DNA of 62,281 nucleotides, counting the filler, from Basidiobolus ranarum (Eukaryota), in the NCBI GenBank assembly GCA_040143965.1. It is 16 parts of 16 records of this genome, joined end to end, with 100 filler letters (N's around TTAATTAATTAA, not from the genome) between each part and the next. Parts side by side here need not be neighbours in the genome. Positions count along the whole stretch, not along the records: positions 58,501 to 62,281 come from JASJQH010009163.1; 15 more parts are not named here. One strand, written 5' to 3'. The stretch's first letter is position 1. Each line of letters starts with the position of its first letter. Below are positions 61,219 through 62,281 of the stretch, one piece after another. The position numbers were made by a program, and so were the translations under genes. The notes beneath the pieces were generated by a model. That model searched no databases and was not told the DNA's origin. It saw nothing but the letters and a program-made list of their open reading frames with translations.

Positions 61219-62281
61219 CCCTAACAGAATTTTGAGGATTGTTATTGTTGGAAAACCATCACAATTTTAATCCATTTGGGATTAACCTTTTACTTATTGT
61301 CATAAAATATTCAAATTAGATTTGATTTTATCAATTTTTTCAATTGCAGGGGTCAAATTTCAAGATCTTGCAAAATAGTTGTTCATGATTGGCTGCAATC
61401 TCAGAGAACTATGGGTCAACACGTGTGCAAAAAAAGTAACTCAAATTTTACACAATTACCACTTGAATGCTAATTTGTCACCTTGGAAATCACCAGTCTC
61501 TTTGATATATTCTCCTGAATATTTTTATAGAGTTCTTCATACCCAAGGTTTAGCTCATACCCAACACAAGTTGGATCACTATCTCCATCAAAGCCCACCA
61601 ATGTATCAATGTTGCTGAATCAAAATTCTTCCAGCTATCTGGTGGATACCCTGCAATATTATGCCACTCTGTATTAAGTTCTTCCCAGATATCTGCATGG
61701 TCAATTCCAGACTGAATGTCAAGTTGAATGTTCTTCTTCTGAAGCCACTTTCTGCATTCTTGCACTGCTTTTTTCTCTTCATACTTTGTGAAAATAATCC
61801 TCAAGCACTTTTACTATTTTTGTACATCCTTGTATTTTGACACTACTGAGGGTGCTTCCCAGTGTTTGAGCAGCTTTTTGCTTGCCTTTATCTTTGGGAC
61901 TAATTTCAACACTTCAAAGAGTACCAGTTGAGGTGGGAGAGCTATCAGCTTTATTGACTGGTGTTTTGGCTTGTTGAGAGGAGCCATGAGTTAGATAAAC
62001 TTCAAAATTTAGCACTCTTCCAACTGGTATACTTGGTTCCATGGTGAAATTATGCTTTTTTGCCAGTATATCTGACACTGGAATTACAGATCTTTATAAT
62101 GGTGTGAAGAATTTGGTGAGTGGGACAGTAGAGCCTAAACTCACTGGCTCCTTGGCTTTTCCCTTGGGTTAACTAACTTCCTGCTCCTTCAGTACTTCTT
62201 TAGCTGCTTTTATTTCTTTTCCAAGTCAATAATTGCGTACGTTTTTGAGATGTTTAACAAACAGGCATATACTAGCCAAAT
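61219..62281. mobile_element. Unclassified repeat starting CCCTAACAG, copy 2, with a degenerate minus-strand ORF
   Basis: Interrupts copia integrase after ANRTIV; first ~380 bp match 19068-19447; ORF 61550-61804 not recognised. Confidence 0.7.

Overview
This is not one locus. It is 16 unrelated eukaryotic contigs of 3815 down to 3781 bp, in strictly decreasing size order, joined by 100-bp artificial N-linkers carrying TTAATTAATTAA, so adjacency across linkers has no meaning. Short spliceosomal introns, fungal-type genes and a retained AP-4 epsilon adaptin point to an early-diverging (non-Dikarya) fungus; Basidiobolus-like is only a guess. Over half the window is CpG-depleted, nested debris from four Ty1/copia LTR families (called A-D here), one Ty3/gypsy family, CACTA/CMC-like DNA transposon pieces and an 84-bp degenerate tandem array. 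Host genes: a cytochrome P450 (5' part), two head-to-head CsbD/Hmp1-like genes, an F-box/Zn-finger/XPA-like protein, a secreted PA-domain M28 aminopeptidase, PI 4-kinase Pik1 (3' part), an F-box/LRR protein, a Gfd2/QIP-like DEDD nuclease, RPL9, AP-4 epsilon, a sulfate permease C-terminus and a decayed CBM19-like gene. Most notable: a 4-exon, 86-aa ASDURF-like prefoldin microprotein missed by the ORF track; a half-tRNA-iMet primer site shared by three copia families; a probable Tf1-like self-priming gypsy element; and the 84-bp (28-codon) array. I found no CRISPR array, RNA gene or clearly novel multi-gene system. All homology calls come from recognising motifs by eye, not from database searches.
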